A DNA stretch of 64,000 nucleotides from Octopus bimaculoides (Eukaryota): assembly GCF_001194135.2 (NCBI RefSeq), contig NC_068987.1:60448354-60512353 (forward strand). Reading direction: 5' to 3'. Positions within the stretch are counted from its first letter, which is position 1. Each line of letters begins with the position of its first letter. The notes beneath the pieces are model-generated. The model ran no database searches. It was not told the origin of the DNA and saw only the letters and a program-made list of their open reading frames with translations. Position numbers and translations under genes: made by a program. Below are positions 12,337 through 24,639 of the stretch, piece after piece.

Positions 12337-12836
12337 TTTTATCTTTTACTTGTTTCAGTCATTAGACTATGGCCATGCCATGGCACTACTTTGAAGAATT
12401 TTTAGTCAAATGTATCAACCCCCAGTACATATTATTTTCTTAAAGCCTGCTCCTGCTACTTATTCTGTTGGTTTCTTTTGCTGAACTGGTAATTTACAAG
12501 GGTATATATATATATATATATATATACAGAGAGAGAGAGAGAGATTGTGTGAGAAAGAGAGCAAGAGAGAGAGAGAAAAAGACACATGTACATGTGTGTG
12601 TGTGTGTGTGAGTGTCTTTGTGCTTGTGTTTATCTTCTACCACCACTTGATGGCCAGCGCTGGCTTGCTTACATCTCTGTAACTTAATGGTTTAGTATAA
12701 GAGAGTAATAGTATAAGTATCAGGCTTAAAAAAATAATTATGTACTAGGATTGATTTGCTTGGCTAAAACCCTTTCAAGAGGTGCCCCAGCATGGCTGTA
12801 GTCCAATGACTGAAACAAGTTAAAGATGAAAGATAA
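12337..12836. mobile_element. Two family C SINE 3' halves in inverted arrangement (12337-12500 minus, 12610-12836 plus)
   Basis: Tail 'ccccagcatggc..cagtc.aatgactgaaacaagt.aaaga' is present in both orientations. Confidence 0.7.
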
Positions 12837-12945
12837 AAAAAAAAGTACATAACATAAGATATATACGCATATATGTATATATAAATGTATGTATGTATGT
12901 ATGTATGTATGTATGTATGTATACATATATAGATAGATAGATACA

Positions 12946-12983
<38 letters not shown>

Positions 12984-13106
12984 TAAAAATATACATCCAT
13001 ATATATATATAAATATATATACAGACACACACTACATATGTATACACACACACACACACATAAATCATCATTTTCATCATCAGTGTTGCATGGGTTGGAT
13101 AAATAA

Positions 13107-13474
13107 ATGAAGAAATATTGATGAACAACAATTGACTTACAGCAATTATTATTTATTAATTCAATACAAATAGACTGCATCCCATCTAACAGCTGTTTCT
13201 GCTTCAAATGTTGCATGGTATTGCCACTAAGATGCTAAAAAATATTTATATTTGGTAATAAAACCGATCTGAAAAATGGAGCTTCATCAGATTGAAGAAT
13301 AAATAAAAGAAAAACCTAGAGAATAAAAAGGAAAAGTTGAACATGGTTATAATCATACCATTTTGGTTGTGTATCTCTTTGGGATGTTAAGTAAATGACT
13401 AAACCTAAAATAGTATTTGAACTAATAAATAATAATTGATGTAAGTCAATCGATGTTTATCAATATTTCTCCAT
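13107..13474. repeat. 56-bp imperfect inverted repeat pair (13107-13162 / 13419-13474), MITE-like remnant
   Basis: Left arm reverse complement gaattaataaataataattgctgtaagtcaattgttgttcatcaatatttcttcat vs right arm gaactaataaataataattgatgtaagtcaatcgatgtttatcaatatttctccat. Confidence 0.75.
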
Positions 13475-13750
13475 TTTCTGTTTTCTTTAAATTTTGATTC
13501 TTGATAAACTCATGTTTGTCTTTGTCTTTACCTATAATTTATGAGCATAATACGCTTACATATGTATGCCCATGGTTAAACAAAGGTAATATACCGGTAG
13601 TATAATGGATACTTCTATCCCTTAGACGGTTATTTTAACCTCTAACTCAGCTAACCTTATATATCAGGACTGACCAGTGGTTAAACAGTCAGACTAAGCA
13701 AGTGTCATTAAAAGTCCTTCAATTAAGCTATACATACATACATACATACG

Positions 13751-13781
<31 letters not shown>

Positions 13782-13953
13782 GTATATGTACACACACACA
13801 TGTGCACATGAATATACACATATGTATATGTAGGGATGATGAGCATGTGTGTGTGTGCGTTGTGTGCATGTGTGTATGTGCGTTGTGTGCATGTGTGTGT
13901 GTATGTTGTGTGCGTGTGTGTGTGTATGTGTGTGTGCGTGTGTGTGTGTGTGA

Positions 13954-13985
<32 letters not shown>

Positions 13986-14191
13986 ACTGCATATCATAAA
14001 AGAGACACTGAATGGGCATGACTAAAGCACTTTTGTTATGTGTCTGCTCCAACATGGCTTTAACTGGAAGGAACTGCATAACAATAACAATGACAACAAC
14101 AACACATCTCTACAGGTTAAGGACCATTTTTTTTTAACCTCCTTGAGTTAAACACAGTTATAACTTTCTCACTTTGCTCTTTGTGTTTTGA

Positions 14192-14573
14192 TTGTTGGCA
14201 CTCTGTTGCTTACGACGTCGAGGGTTCCAGTTGATCCAATCAACGGAACAGCCTGCTCGTGAAATTAACTTGCAAGTGGTTGAGCACTCCACAGACACGT
14301 GTACCTTTAAAGTAGTTCTCGGGGATATTCAGTGTGACGCAGCGTGACAAGGCTGACCCTTTGAATTACAGGCACAACAGAAACAGGGAGTAAGAGTGAG
14401 AGAAAATTGTAGTGGAAGAGTATACAGCAAGGTTCGCCACCATCCCCTGCCGGAGCCTCATGGAGCTTTAGGTGTTTTCGCTCAATAAACACTCACGTCT
14501 GGTCTGGGAACCAAAACCATGATCCTATGACCGCTAGTCTGTTGCCCTAACCACTGGGCCATTGCGCCTCCAC
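14192..14573 (-). mobile_element. Family B (OR-type) SINE, near full length
   Basis: Colinear with 10877-11264 and 50605-50987. Confidence 0.9.
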
Positions 14574-14818
14574 TGTCTTTTGATATCATTGCATGAAAAA
14601 GACATTGGAAGTGAGAGATATGACAAAGTTTTAATGAATGAATATGTGTGAAGTGAAAAGTGGGAAATGTTTATAAACATAAGTGTAAGACTATTTAGAT
14701 TAGTCTTGAAATATTTATGACTACCAATGGGGTCAGGTGGTAATTTAGCTATTAGCTGCTCTTAAATTGCAGGCTTCTGGGAGTCGTATTCACTTAAGAT
14801 AATGTTGAAAATTTGTGA

Positions 14819-14865
<47 letters not shown>

Positions 14866-14894
14866 TGTACGTGTGTGCATGTGTGAGTCTGAGT

Positions 14895-15120
14895 CCTGAC
14901 TTTTTGCAGTAGCTGTAAGGGAGTATCATCATCATACAAGCAATGTTGTTCATTTCTAATCTTCCATGAAAACATGCCTGGTCAAAGGGAAATATTACCT
15001 TATTTGGAAAGAGGGTGACAGTTGGTGATAGGATGAACATCCAGCTGTAGAAAATCTGCTTCAGCAAATTCCGTTTGACCAATACAAGCATAGGAAAAGT
15101 GAACGTTAAACTGCTGCTGT
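14895..15120 (+). mobile_element. Family D2 retroposon tail
   Basis: 'aatattacctt.tttggaaa.agg.tga.agttgg.ga.agga...catccagctgtagaaaatctgc..gaccaatacaagcatagga'. Related copies at 21910-22020, 51400-51610, 54980-55140 (-) and 62455-62580 (-). Confidence 0.65.
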
Positions 15121-15742
15121 TGCCGCCAGTGATGTTGATGATGATAACAATGACAGCAGTGGTGGATGCTGGTGGTGGTGGTGGTGGTATGCATTATGTA
15201 TTAATTTTGTGGCAATAAAATCTTGGTCAGTTCCTCTCATTTGCACTGTCTTCTTCGTATGATGGTCTACAAAGAAGTATACCAGATAAAAGATCTTGCG
15301 ATTACAAAGCAAACTTTTTAACCATCAGCCATAATCGATGTCAATGCTGGAATATTTTAATGTTAATGTCTGGAATATGACAACTAACAAATGTTGCTAT
15401 TTAGTTTTATATGACTCGACAATGAGGAGGATAATCATGATGTCTTGAAATGATAACGTGGGTAATGAGCTTACAGAATCATTACCACAAATGAGACAAA
15501 AATGCTCAGTTGCATTCTGTTCTGTTTTCACATACTAAGTTCAAATTTTACTGAGGTTGGAAGTTAAAAGACAAAAATTATGCATTTGTGGTGCCATGGA
15601 CTTCCTGAAGTTAGAATAATGCAAAAACAGAGCAGTGTTGAGGAAGAGTGATAAAATAAAGTTCTAGTCATGTGCTGGGGTTGATGGTATCATCCAGCCC
15701 TTCCTTTCAAAGTTGCTAGCATTGTGCCAAAATCAAAATCCA

Positions 15743-15799
<57 letters not shown>

Positions 15800-15820
15800 C
15801 ATTATAATTATTATTATTAT

Positions 15821-15998
15821 TCAGTAGTTTTATTTTTATAGCGTGCTTTCACTTCACTACCGAGCGCAGCTCTGTGTGCCTTGGGTATGTGCTGTGGTTT
15901 GCTGTGATGCTCTTATGGTTACTGTATTGAAAGTGTTTTGCGTAGGATTTGTGCAGTGCTCAGTAGTGCAATTTTCTGTATGTTATATATATTTGTCC
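15821..15998 (-). mobile_element. R4/Dong-like LINE 3' end with (TAA)n tail
   Basis: Minus frame NIYNIQKIALLSTAQILRKTLSIQ*, then a 3' UTR ending tactgaataataa into (TTA)n at 15743-15820. Same 3' end on + at 44482. Confidence 0.75.
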
Positions 15999-16009
15999 TT
16001 ATTATTATT

Positions 16010-16101
<92 letters not shown>

Positions 16102-16104
16102 TAT

Positions 16105-16592
16105 TTTGTGAGGTTGTTGATTGAAGATATGTGTGCAGTTCCAAGTAATGCCAACTTTTGCAATACACGTAGATTGTAGAGTATTTCTAAAGTTCTCAGA
16201 TGTTTTTTTCAGGTTTTCAGGTTGGGAGGTATTGAACCCAATGCTCCAATGACAATAGGGATAACTTTTATATTTGACTCTCATAGCTGCCACATCTTGG
16301 TGATCTCAATTCTCAGGTCTCCATATTTATCAACCCTTCCTCTTTCTTTCATGATGATATGTTGATCTCCGGGCACTGTCATGTCAATTTTTAGGCCCTC
16401 CTGATTGTCCCTCCTAAAGGTTACTATATCTGGCCTTCAGTGCTCTAATACCTTGTCTGTCTGGAAGTCAAAATCCAAGAGGGTTTTGCCTTCCCCTTTT
16501 CGTCCATTACCTTTTCCAGTGCATGTTGATACCAAGCACCTATAACCTCATAGCCATACTTATGGCATAGTAGTCAATGAAGGTTTTGAGCT
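16105..16592 (-). mobile_element. R4/Dong-like LINE restriction-like endonuclease domain fragment (frameshifted)
   Basis: Minus-strand pieces LH*LLCHKYGYEVIGAWYQHALEKVMDEKGKAK..DFDFQTDKVLEH*RPDIV..IDMTVPGDQH..DKYGDL..IVIGALG..LQKLALLGTAH fit the PD-(D/E)xK RLE of R4-clade elements. Confidence 0.8.
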
Positions 16593-16599
16593 ACCTAAT

Positions 16600-16861
16600 T
16601 ATTATTATTTAGGCAATGAGCTGTTTAGTGACATTTCATCTATCTTTATGTTCTAAGTTCAAATTCTACCATGGTCAAGTTTGACTTTCATTCTCTCAGG
16701 TTCAATAAAATAAGTACTAGTTGAGCACCAGAGTCAGTGTAAATGACTTACTCCACATCCATCACCACCAAAAAAAGAATTTGCTGGTCTTGTGCCAAAA
16801 TCTGACACCGTTATTATTGTTGTTGGTCTTGTTTTTGTAATTATTATTATTATTATTATTA

Positions 16862-16953
<92 letters not shown>

Positions 16954-17160
16954 ATAATGATGATGATGATAATAATAAGCTTTTCTACTATAAGCATGAA
17001 GCCTGGAATTTTGGGTGAGAGGCCTAGTCAATTTCATTGACCCCCACCCCTCCTGTGCTCGACTGATACCTGTTTTATCAACTCCAAAAGGCAAAATCAG
17101 TCTTTGTGGAATTCGAACTCAGGACATAATGGTAGACATGATGATGCTAAACATTTTGAT
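16600..17160. mobile_element. Inverted pair of family A SINEs (16600-16810 +, 17000-17160 -) around (TTA)n
   Basis: Family A motifs in both orientations. Confidence 0.7.
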
Positions 17161-17720
17161 CTGTATTCTATCCTCGAAACAGATGTAATAACTTAACAAA
17201 TCATTGATTGAAAAGAGTAAATCTCAAGAGTGAGAAGATTTTACTTATTTCCCTTTCCTTCCTCTTCAGAATGAAGATATACGGTGTATTGATGTTATCA
17301 GGTCTTTGATGTAGTAACTTTATTATCTTTAATTCTCCCATTAATGGAAAATGAAACCAATTTCTTACTAGTGGCTATTTCTAAGAATTGTTTTTTTTTT
17401 TTGTATGTCTTCTTATCGTATTTATTGATGTAGTGATGGAGTGATTGAGTGATTGATTACTTTAGTAAAAGACATTTTCCATGCTTAGAAGAGAGTATAT
17501 GGTCTCAGGCTTACACTTGTCTGTTACTGGTGCCAAGTCTGCCAACACACCAATGATTGATGCCAAAGGGAAGTGAAAAGCTAAATCCCTGGGAATCTAT
17601 AAAATTTTTGAGGTTGACTTTGCCTTTCATCCTTCCGATGTTGATAAAATAAGTACCAGTTATGCACTGTGGTTGATATAATCCCCCTAAATCTCAGATC
17701 TTGTGCCTATTGTAGAAAGA

Positions 17721-17758
<38 letters not shown>

Positions 17759-17762
17759 TACT

Positions 17763-18122
17763 ACTTCCGCTTTAGCGAAGGCAGAAGTATTGTTTTCAGT
17801 CATGTTTGTTTGGCTGTGGACAAGATATCTTAAGTACCACTGGTTGGATTTGGATGAAACTTTCAGGGATGTTTGGCTTCATGACTGGCATGAACTGATT
17901 AGATTTTTGGATTGATCTGGCACTGGACAAGGATTCTGGATTATTTTTCCTGTTTTTTTACTTAATTTTTGAGAGCGGCCAAGTTCATTTTCAGTATTCT
18001 CATTTGTGAGAGCAGTCGAGTTTATTTCAGATATTCTCATTTTACAAATTACCTCTGGCTAATCGTTGAGAGGATGTCGGTGTTGCCTTGGCGGAGGTTT
18101 GTACTCTCTGAGTGGTCTTGTT
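17763..18122 (+). mobile_element. HINE/DINE-1-like non-autonomous Helentron element
   Basis: 5' palindrome ACTTCCGC..GCAGAAGT, 3' subTIR CCTTGGCGGAGG and terminal stem-loop GTACTC-TCT-GAGTGG. Inserted in a TTA tract. Second copy at 29857. Confidence 0.7.
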
Positions 18123-18129
18123 ATTCTTA

Positions 18130-18255
18130 TTATTATTGAGGTGGCTAATTGATAGAATTGTTAGTATACCAGACAATATGCATTGCAGTATTCCATCCGT
18201 CTTTTTGTTCCCTAAAACTTGAGGCCTCGCGCTAATAGTAGAAAGGATTGTTGTT

Positions 18256-18286
<31 letters not shown>

Positions 18287-19035
18287 CAGCTGCTGTTGTT
18301 GTTATTGGTTTTGTTGTTGCAGTGAACTGACAGAATCATTTCCTCGCCAGATAAAATGGTCAGTGACATTTCTTCCAGCTCTTTACATTCTTGCATTTAA
18401 ATGTCATTTAAGTCATCTTCGCCTTTCATCCTTTTGGGGTCAATAAATTAAATACGAGGTGAGCATTGGGGAGGGGTTGTTGATATCATCGATTTCCCTA
18501 TCTCCTCAGAATTACTGGCCTTGTGCCATAATTAGAAAGAACTATTACTATCATTCAAGATTTTCATTATTTCTTTTTACAGTAAGGCAGGAAGCTGGCA
18601 GAATCGTTAGCACACAGGGTGAAATGCTTAATATTTTGTTTGTCTTTACATTCTGGGTTCAAATTCCACCGAGGTCACCTTTGCCTTTCATCCTTTCAGG
18701 GTCGATGAATTAAGTACCAGTTGAGTACTGGCATCGATGTAACCAACTTACCTACTTTTCCCAAATTTCAGGCCTTGTGCCTATAGTAGAAAGGATTATT
18801 TCTTTTTACAGTAAGGCAGCAAGCCAGTGGAATTGTTAGCACACCAGGCAAAGAAGCTTTGCAGCGTTGCATCCATCTTTACAATCTGAGTTCAAATTCT
18901 GCCAAGGTTGACTTTGCTTTTCATCCTTTCAAGGTCGATAAAATAAGTACCAGTTGATCACTGGGGTCAATGTAATCTACTTACTCCTTTCCCCAAAGTT
19001 GCTGGCCTTGTGCCAAAACCTGAGACCATTATCTC
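18130..19035 (+). mobile_element. Head-to-tail chain of about 4 family A SINEs
   Basis: Family A motifs repeated, separated by (ATT)n/(GTT)n tails. Confidence 0.85.
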
Positions 19036-20476
19036 TTTTTACAATTTTTCATCAAATTATCTCTTTCCATGTTATCACACAGGCAATAGTCTTGTAAATT
19101 AGAATATTTATATTTTTTAGTTGTCATAATTACTTGTTCAGTTATTTTGTCTGTCACGTTTGTGACCTAACAATATCATTCATGCTTATAGCTATCTTAT
19201 CCTTTGTGTCTCTCAGTCTATAAAGATGCCTTTGAGCAAGCAGATATTCAGTTATGAGGTTTTTTTAATCATGTCATAGATATGGCTACCTCTGTAGTAC
19301 CAGTGCCATGAGAAAATGTACCCAGTACACCTTACAGAGTGTGAAAAGAAAGGAAATCTTTAGTTTTGTGAAGAACATGATACCTCTTTCGTAAGGACAG
19401 ATTAAGACCTCCAGAGGCTCTAAGCACTTAAAAGATTATGGTGCCCCCATATATATGGACTTCAAAATAAAAACAATTTTAAACCATAAAATAAAATTTT
19501 ATTTTTCAAAATAAAACAAAACTAATAGTAAGACAGAAAATAATGCTTATATTTTTTTTTACTTTCACTTTATTTATATTTGAAAAGTTTTCTCCTACAT
19601 TTTTTAAGTGCAAAGTTTATGGTCAGATCTTCAAAATTAGTCATATGTAACACATCTGCTTCTATACTTAATTGTGATAAGGCACCCCAAATATTATTTT
19701 TGCAAGTTTAAAGTGATTTCTTTTGTGCTGTAAACTATTTACCATTTCTGTGATCCCTCTCCCCTTGCTTCCCTTGATGCCCTAAACATGTGCTTATTTT
19801 GCTTAATGGTTTATCAAGCACTGCTTCCTAGTGATGATATGAAGAAAAGCACCCAGTTCACTCTGCAAAGTGCTGATGTTTGAAAGAGCGTCAAGCAAGA
19901 AACCAAATCAAAAATGAGACTCACAAGCTAGATACAGTCTTCCTTATCTAGATGAGCAATATTCATGAATATGTGCTAATTCAAACAGTGACAACCATTC
20001 TAACTTACACCAGCATAGAAAGTGGACATAAACCAATGATAGTGACAATGAGAAACATAACAATTACATCAGTCATAACAGCGATGATGAAAATGATGAT
20101 TATAGTGATAATAATGACAATGGCTGTGGCAATGAAGAGGATAACAGTGAAGTATGATGACCATAAGAATCACAAAAATCTCTATGATGATGATGACGAT
20201 GATGATGACAGCAACAAAGACAACAATGATGAAGGTGACAGTGACAGCAGTAATCAAGTGGTGGTGATGAAGATGATAATAGCAGTAGCAATGACAGTGG
20301 TGGTGGTAGTGGCGGCGGTGGCGGCAGCGGCGGTGGCGGTGGTGGTGTTTGAGCTTTGTTTTAGCTTGATCAGCATGTACCCTATACTGGAGTGTTCTTT
20401 TCTTCCTTTTAACTTATCAGCTACTTATTAAAATAAAGGTGACATGCAGATACTCAGTCTGTCAGACCATCAGGCA

Positions 20477-20510
<34 letters not shown>

Positions 20511-20779
20511 CAAACATGCAGGCAAGCAGACTGCCAAACAGATTGACACAGCAGAGTAATTTGTCCCATTTGTCTTAAGCAATTCACAAACACAATGCCT
20601 GCTGTAAGGTTTCAATTTGTGGTCATTTGATCAGTCAACCACAGTTTTAACAATTACAGCCATCATGACATTTTAGTGATGATGAAGAATTCTTACAACA
20701 TTCCAGCTTTGTCTTTCATTTTCCAATGAATGCAAACTTAATGATTCATTCATTTTAGCTTTGTATTAGGTGTTATAGT

Positions 20780-20986
20780 TCGTGCAGGAGGTATTGTGAG
20801 GATATGAAGTTTGCTTCCCAGTCACAGTGTTCTGGGTTTGGTTCCACTCCAGGGCATCTTAGGCAAGTGTCTTCCACTATAGTCCAAGGCTGACCAACCA
20901 CTTGGGAGTGGATTTGGCTGATAGAAACTGAAAGAAGCCTGTCATGTGAGTTTGTGTGTGTGTGTGCGTGTGTGTGTGTATCATCA

Positions 20987-21027
<41 letters not shown>

Positions 21028-21365
21028 TGCAAACGTGGCTGTGTAGTAAGAAGCTTGCTTCCCAACACATGGTTCTGGGTTCAGTCCCACTGCATGGCAC
21101 CATAGGCAAGTGTCTTCTACTATAGCCTCAGGCCAACCGAAGCCTTGTGAGTAGATTTGGTAACCGGAAACTGAAAGAAGTTTGTCATATGTACATATTT
21201 GTGTGTTTGTGTATGTGTTTGGCCCCCAACCCCACCATCGCTTGACAACTGATTTTGGTGTGTTTACATCCCTGTAACTTAGCAGTTCAGCAAAAGAGAC
21301 TTATGGAATAAGTATTAGGCTTACAAAGAATAAGTTCTGGAATTGATTTGTTCAACTAAAAGAAT
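20780..21365 (+). mobile_element. Two family C tRNA-derived SINEs (decayed head 20780-20945; copy 21026-21365)
   Basis: Head GGCTGTGTGGTAAG..AGCTTGCTT.CCAAC.ACATGGTTC.GGGTTCAGTCCCACTGC..GGCAAGTGTCTTCTACTATAGCCTC, with an internal (TA)/(TG) tract. Confidence 0.8.
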
Positions 21366-21577
21366 ATATATCTATGATATTTATGATATATATATGGATC
21401 AAAACAGTTTGATTCATGTAACTCCCAGTAAATTGGTTGAGTGCCCTTCTTTCATTTATCCACTCACCTGTATATATATAAATATATATAACAATATTTT
21501 TATATAAGCTTATTTACAGGATTGTAAAAATGGTGCCATATAAAAAAAACATTCGCATATATATATATATATAATGA

Positions 21578-21817
21578 GAGACATTGAGTATGTTTCAGCA
21601 AGCTTATGGCAACAAGGCAACAAGTCATATGCAATGTTTTGAGTGGCATGGGTGCTTCAAAAGTGGAAGAACATCTTTGAAAGATGATGAGTGATCTGGA
21701 AGTTCTGCCGTGAGTGTCATCCCCAGAAATGTGAAGAAGATTCATCAGCTTATGCTTGAAGATCGTCAGAAGACAATCACTGACATTGCTGATGTTGTTG
21801 GTCTGTCGTATGAGTCC
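21578..21817 (+). pseudogene. Mariner transposase N-terminal HTH fragment (irritans-like)
   Basis: ETLSMFQQAYGNKATSHMQCFEWHGCFKSGRTSLKDDE*SGSSAVS..VKKIHQLMLEDRQKTITDIADVVGLSYES matches the mariner FEWHxxFKxGRxSxxDDxRSGRP motif. Confidence 0.8.
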
Positions 21818-22174
21818 AATATTGTGTGGCAGTTGTAAATGAGCATCACTGTCAAACAAGCCGTGACTTTCATTTTCAATCTTTTGTGTGAAAACATCTT
21901 TAGCCATAGGGAAAAGTCACCTTGCTTGGAAATAGGTGAGAGGTGGCAGCAGGAAGAGGATTTGGCTATAAAATATCACCTCAATAAACTCTATCCAACC
22001 TGTTAAAGCATGGGAAAGTAGATGCCTAAATGATGATAATAGGTCGATGATGATGATGATAATGATGATGGTGGTGATGGTGGTAGTTGTGGTGACAATG
22101 ATGATGGTGATTGTTATTGTTTTTTTAAAGACTGAATGTTTGATTTTTGTTTTTGCCTCATCCGTCGCACACAG

Positions 22175-22250
22175 ACGCACAAAAAAAATTACATTTGATC
22201 ACTCCTTACAAAAAGTTCATTTAAGTGAAGCTAGTCTTTACAACATACAG
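22175..22250 (+). CDS. Candidate 76-nt internal exon (phase 2->0), (R)RTKKITFDHSLQKVHLSEASLYNIQ
   Basis: Pyrimidine-rich acceptor tttttgtttttgcctc..cacacAG, strong donor CAG|GTATGT, unique sequence and open frame. Confidence 0.45.
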
Positions 22251-22860
22251 GTATGTTTTTGGAGTGTTTTTTTTTTATTCTATATTTTATAACAAAATAT
22301 AAAGAATATATTGTAAGAGGTGCCAGTTTTCTCTGTCTGGTGAAAAGTCAGACAGAAAGAGCACAAATTAGCATTCAGAACAAATCCCAATCTTTGTTAA
22401 TTGAGGCAGAAGTTAGAAAGGAAAGAACAAAGTTGAGAATTTTCAACAAACTCTTCTTTTTATGTGTTAGAGTAAAAAATGCAACAACAAAGCAAAAAAT
22501 GCAACAACAAAAAGAAAAAAACAAGACAATTAGAAAAACACAAAGAAAGTATTGGATGCTTAAAGACGGGATGAAAGATAATAATAGACAAAAAAAGAAA
22601 TAAAGTGAGAAATAAAGAAAAAAGTGTGAACAGGATTATTTAAATGTTAAGTAATTGAAAGAGCAACAGCCAGAAAACTATTAGTTGAATGTCCTCTCAT
22701 AATAATATCATCTTTAAGTTGATATGGCATTGATTATTTGATTATTCATAACTTGATATCAAGTGGTACCAGTGCAAAAGTCAAGTCTTCTATGTATACT
22801 AAATATTATCTCTTAAAATCACTAACTTTGTTTTTGGAAGCTAGTTATAACTTAAGGAAA

Positions 22861-22863
<3 letters not shown>

Positions 22864-22903
<40 letters not shown>
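22864..22903. repeat. A40 homopolymer
   Basis: Read directly. Confidence 0.95.
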
Positions 22904-22904
<1 letters not shown>

Positions 22905-23386
22905 AGAAAAGCCACAAAAAAACATTAGAGTAAAACATACAATATTTGTAGAAGTGTAGCTATAAAATGTCACTTCATTTCTTCTGCAGTAGCAGTAGCA
23001 AGAGCAGCAACAGTAATAACTGCAGTGGTAGCAGTAGTAGCAGCAAGGAAAACAGCAGCAATAATAAACCGCAACCATCAATAGAACTGCATCTACTGCA
23101 GCAGCAGTAACAACAATAGTCGCAATAGTGTTGAGATAAACAGAGAACGCTACTATTAGTGTTGTTATACTTTTTAAAGAAATCAACCGTCAACAGCATT
23201 GGTAGTAGTAGTAATAGTAATAGCGATAGTGGTGGTGGTGGTAGTGAGGGTTGTAGTGNNNNNNNNNNNNNNNNNNNNNNNNNNNNNNNNNNNNNNNNNN
23301 NNNNNNNNNNNNNNNNNNNNNNNNNNNNNNNNNNNNNNNNNNNNNNNNNNNNNNNNNNNGTGGTGGTGGTGGTGGTGGTGGTGGTG

Positions 23387-23428
<42 letters not shown>

Positions 23429-23656
23429 GTAGTAGTAGTCAAAGAGAAGTGAAGGTGAAGTGACTGTATCGATGGGTGGGTACTGCCACAGAGCTGACTG
23501 ACCATTACCACTTTCTCTGAAATTTCTTAGAGGAAATAACAACCACAACAACAACACCGACAACAACAACAACAACAACAGCTACATTATGAATTAGTTA
23601 AAATCTTATCTCGTATATATAATAGACAAATGCCAAATTCTTGGCTTGCTGATAAA

Positions 23657-23861
23657 TCAGTCACTCTTCATGGATTTCAGATTACTGTCTCCTACTCTCC
23701 ATGTTTATATGTGAATGGACAGCTGATAGCGAGCGAGCGAGCAAGCTGCGGAACATCTCAAAAACTGTGCTAACAACATTTAATCAACAAGGGCCTTTTA
23801 GTAATGGGAGGGGTGTTCTTTACCAGTTCCTGTTGCATTTTCTGTTCAGCTGCCAATATAA
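23657..23861 (+). promoter_or_regulatory. Candidate alternative first exon (Inr-like TCAGTC, donor at 23862)
   Basis: Unique CpG-retaining sequence (GCGAGCGAGCGAGC) with E-box CAGCTG, TCAGTC at 23657, ATG at 23701 or 23804 open to the donor AA|GTAATT. Confidence 0.2.
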
Positions 23862-24568
23862 GTAATTCAAATTACAAAAAAAAATTATAAAACGACATTT
23901 AAGCAAGTAAAATAAATATCAAAATATTTTAAAAGATATTTTTTTTTTTTTCAGTTTATTAAAATTGTAGCATAAATATATTAATTCCATACAAAAACAA
24001 AAATATATAGATATGCATGCATGTTCATAAAACAAATATATTTATATGTATATACATAAGGAGACATATAGTTATAAATATAAATAAAAATTATAGATAA
24101 TATATATATATGGTATATGTATATATTTTCCTGCATCATATCGGATGTGGATACAAAAAGAAAAAACAATATTATTTCGATGAAGATAATCAAAGAATTT
24201 TTTGGTAAATGAAATGGATATCTTTGAAAAAGGAATGAGAAAGATTAAATCTGATAGATAAGTTGGCTTCTAACTAATTACAAATTATTCAATTAATTGG
24301 ACTTGCAACTTCTTCCAAACCAACAATGAGTCAAACTTGGGTTACATGCATGTAAGTTCTCTGAATATTTCTACTAATTCTATTTTAAATTTTAATTCCA
24401 AACAACTATCAGATATTATTTATTTATTTTTCCCTTTTTCTTTTGACTATTGTTGTTGTTGTTGCTGCTGTTATTATCATTATTGTCATAGTTTTTTGCT
24501 GCTTTATCTAAACTGGGAGATACTATTTGACTCATAATGTCCTCTCATTCATTGCACTAATAAAACAA

Positions 24569-24604
<36 letters not shown>

Positions 24605-24639
24605 GCATCTACTTCTATTATTATTATTATTATTATTAT

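Noticed and set aside
13135-13216. Minus-strand ATG-to-donor unit MQHLKQKQLLDG..
   Set aside because: The donor is part of the inverted-repeat arm and is mirrored on the other strand.
19952-20431. 159-aa + ORF
   Set aside because: It is mostly a degenerate (ATG/GAC/GTG)n repeat with no splice or domain support.
22980-23130. Ser/Asn/Gln-rich open frame after a good acceptor
   Set aside because: It is a low-complexity (AGC/AGT/AAC) tract ending in a stop and merging into a microsatellite and gap.
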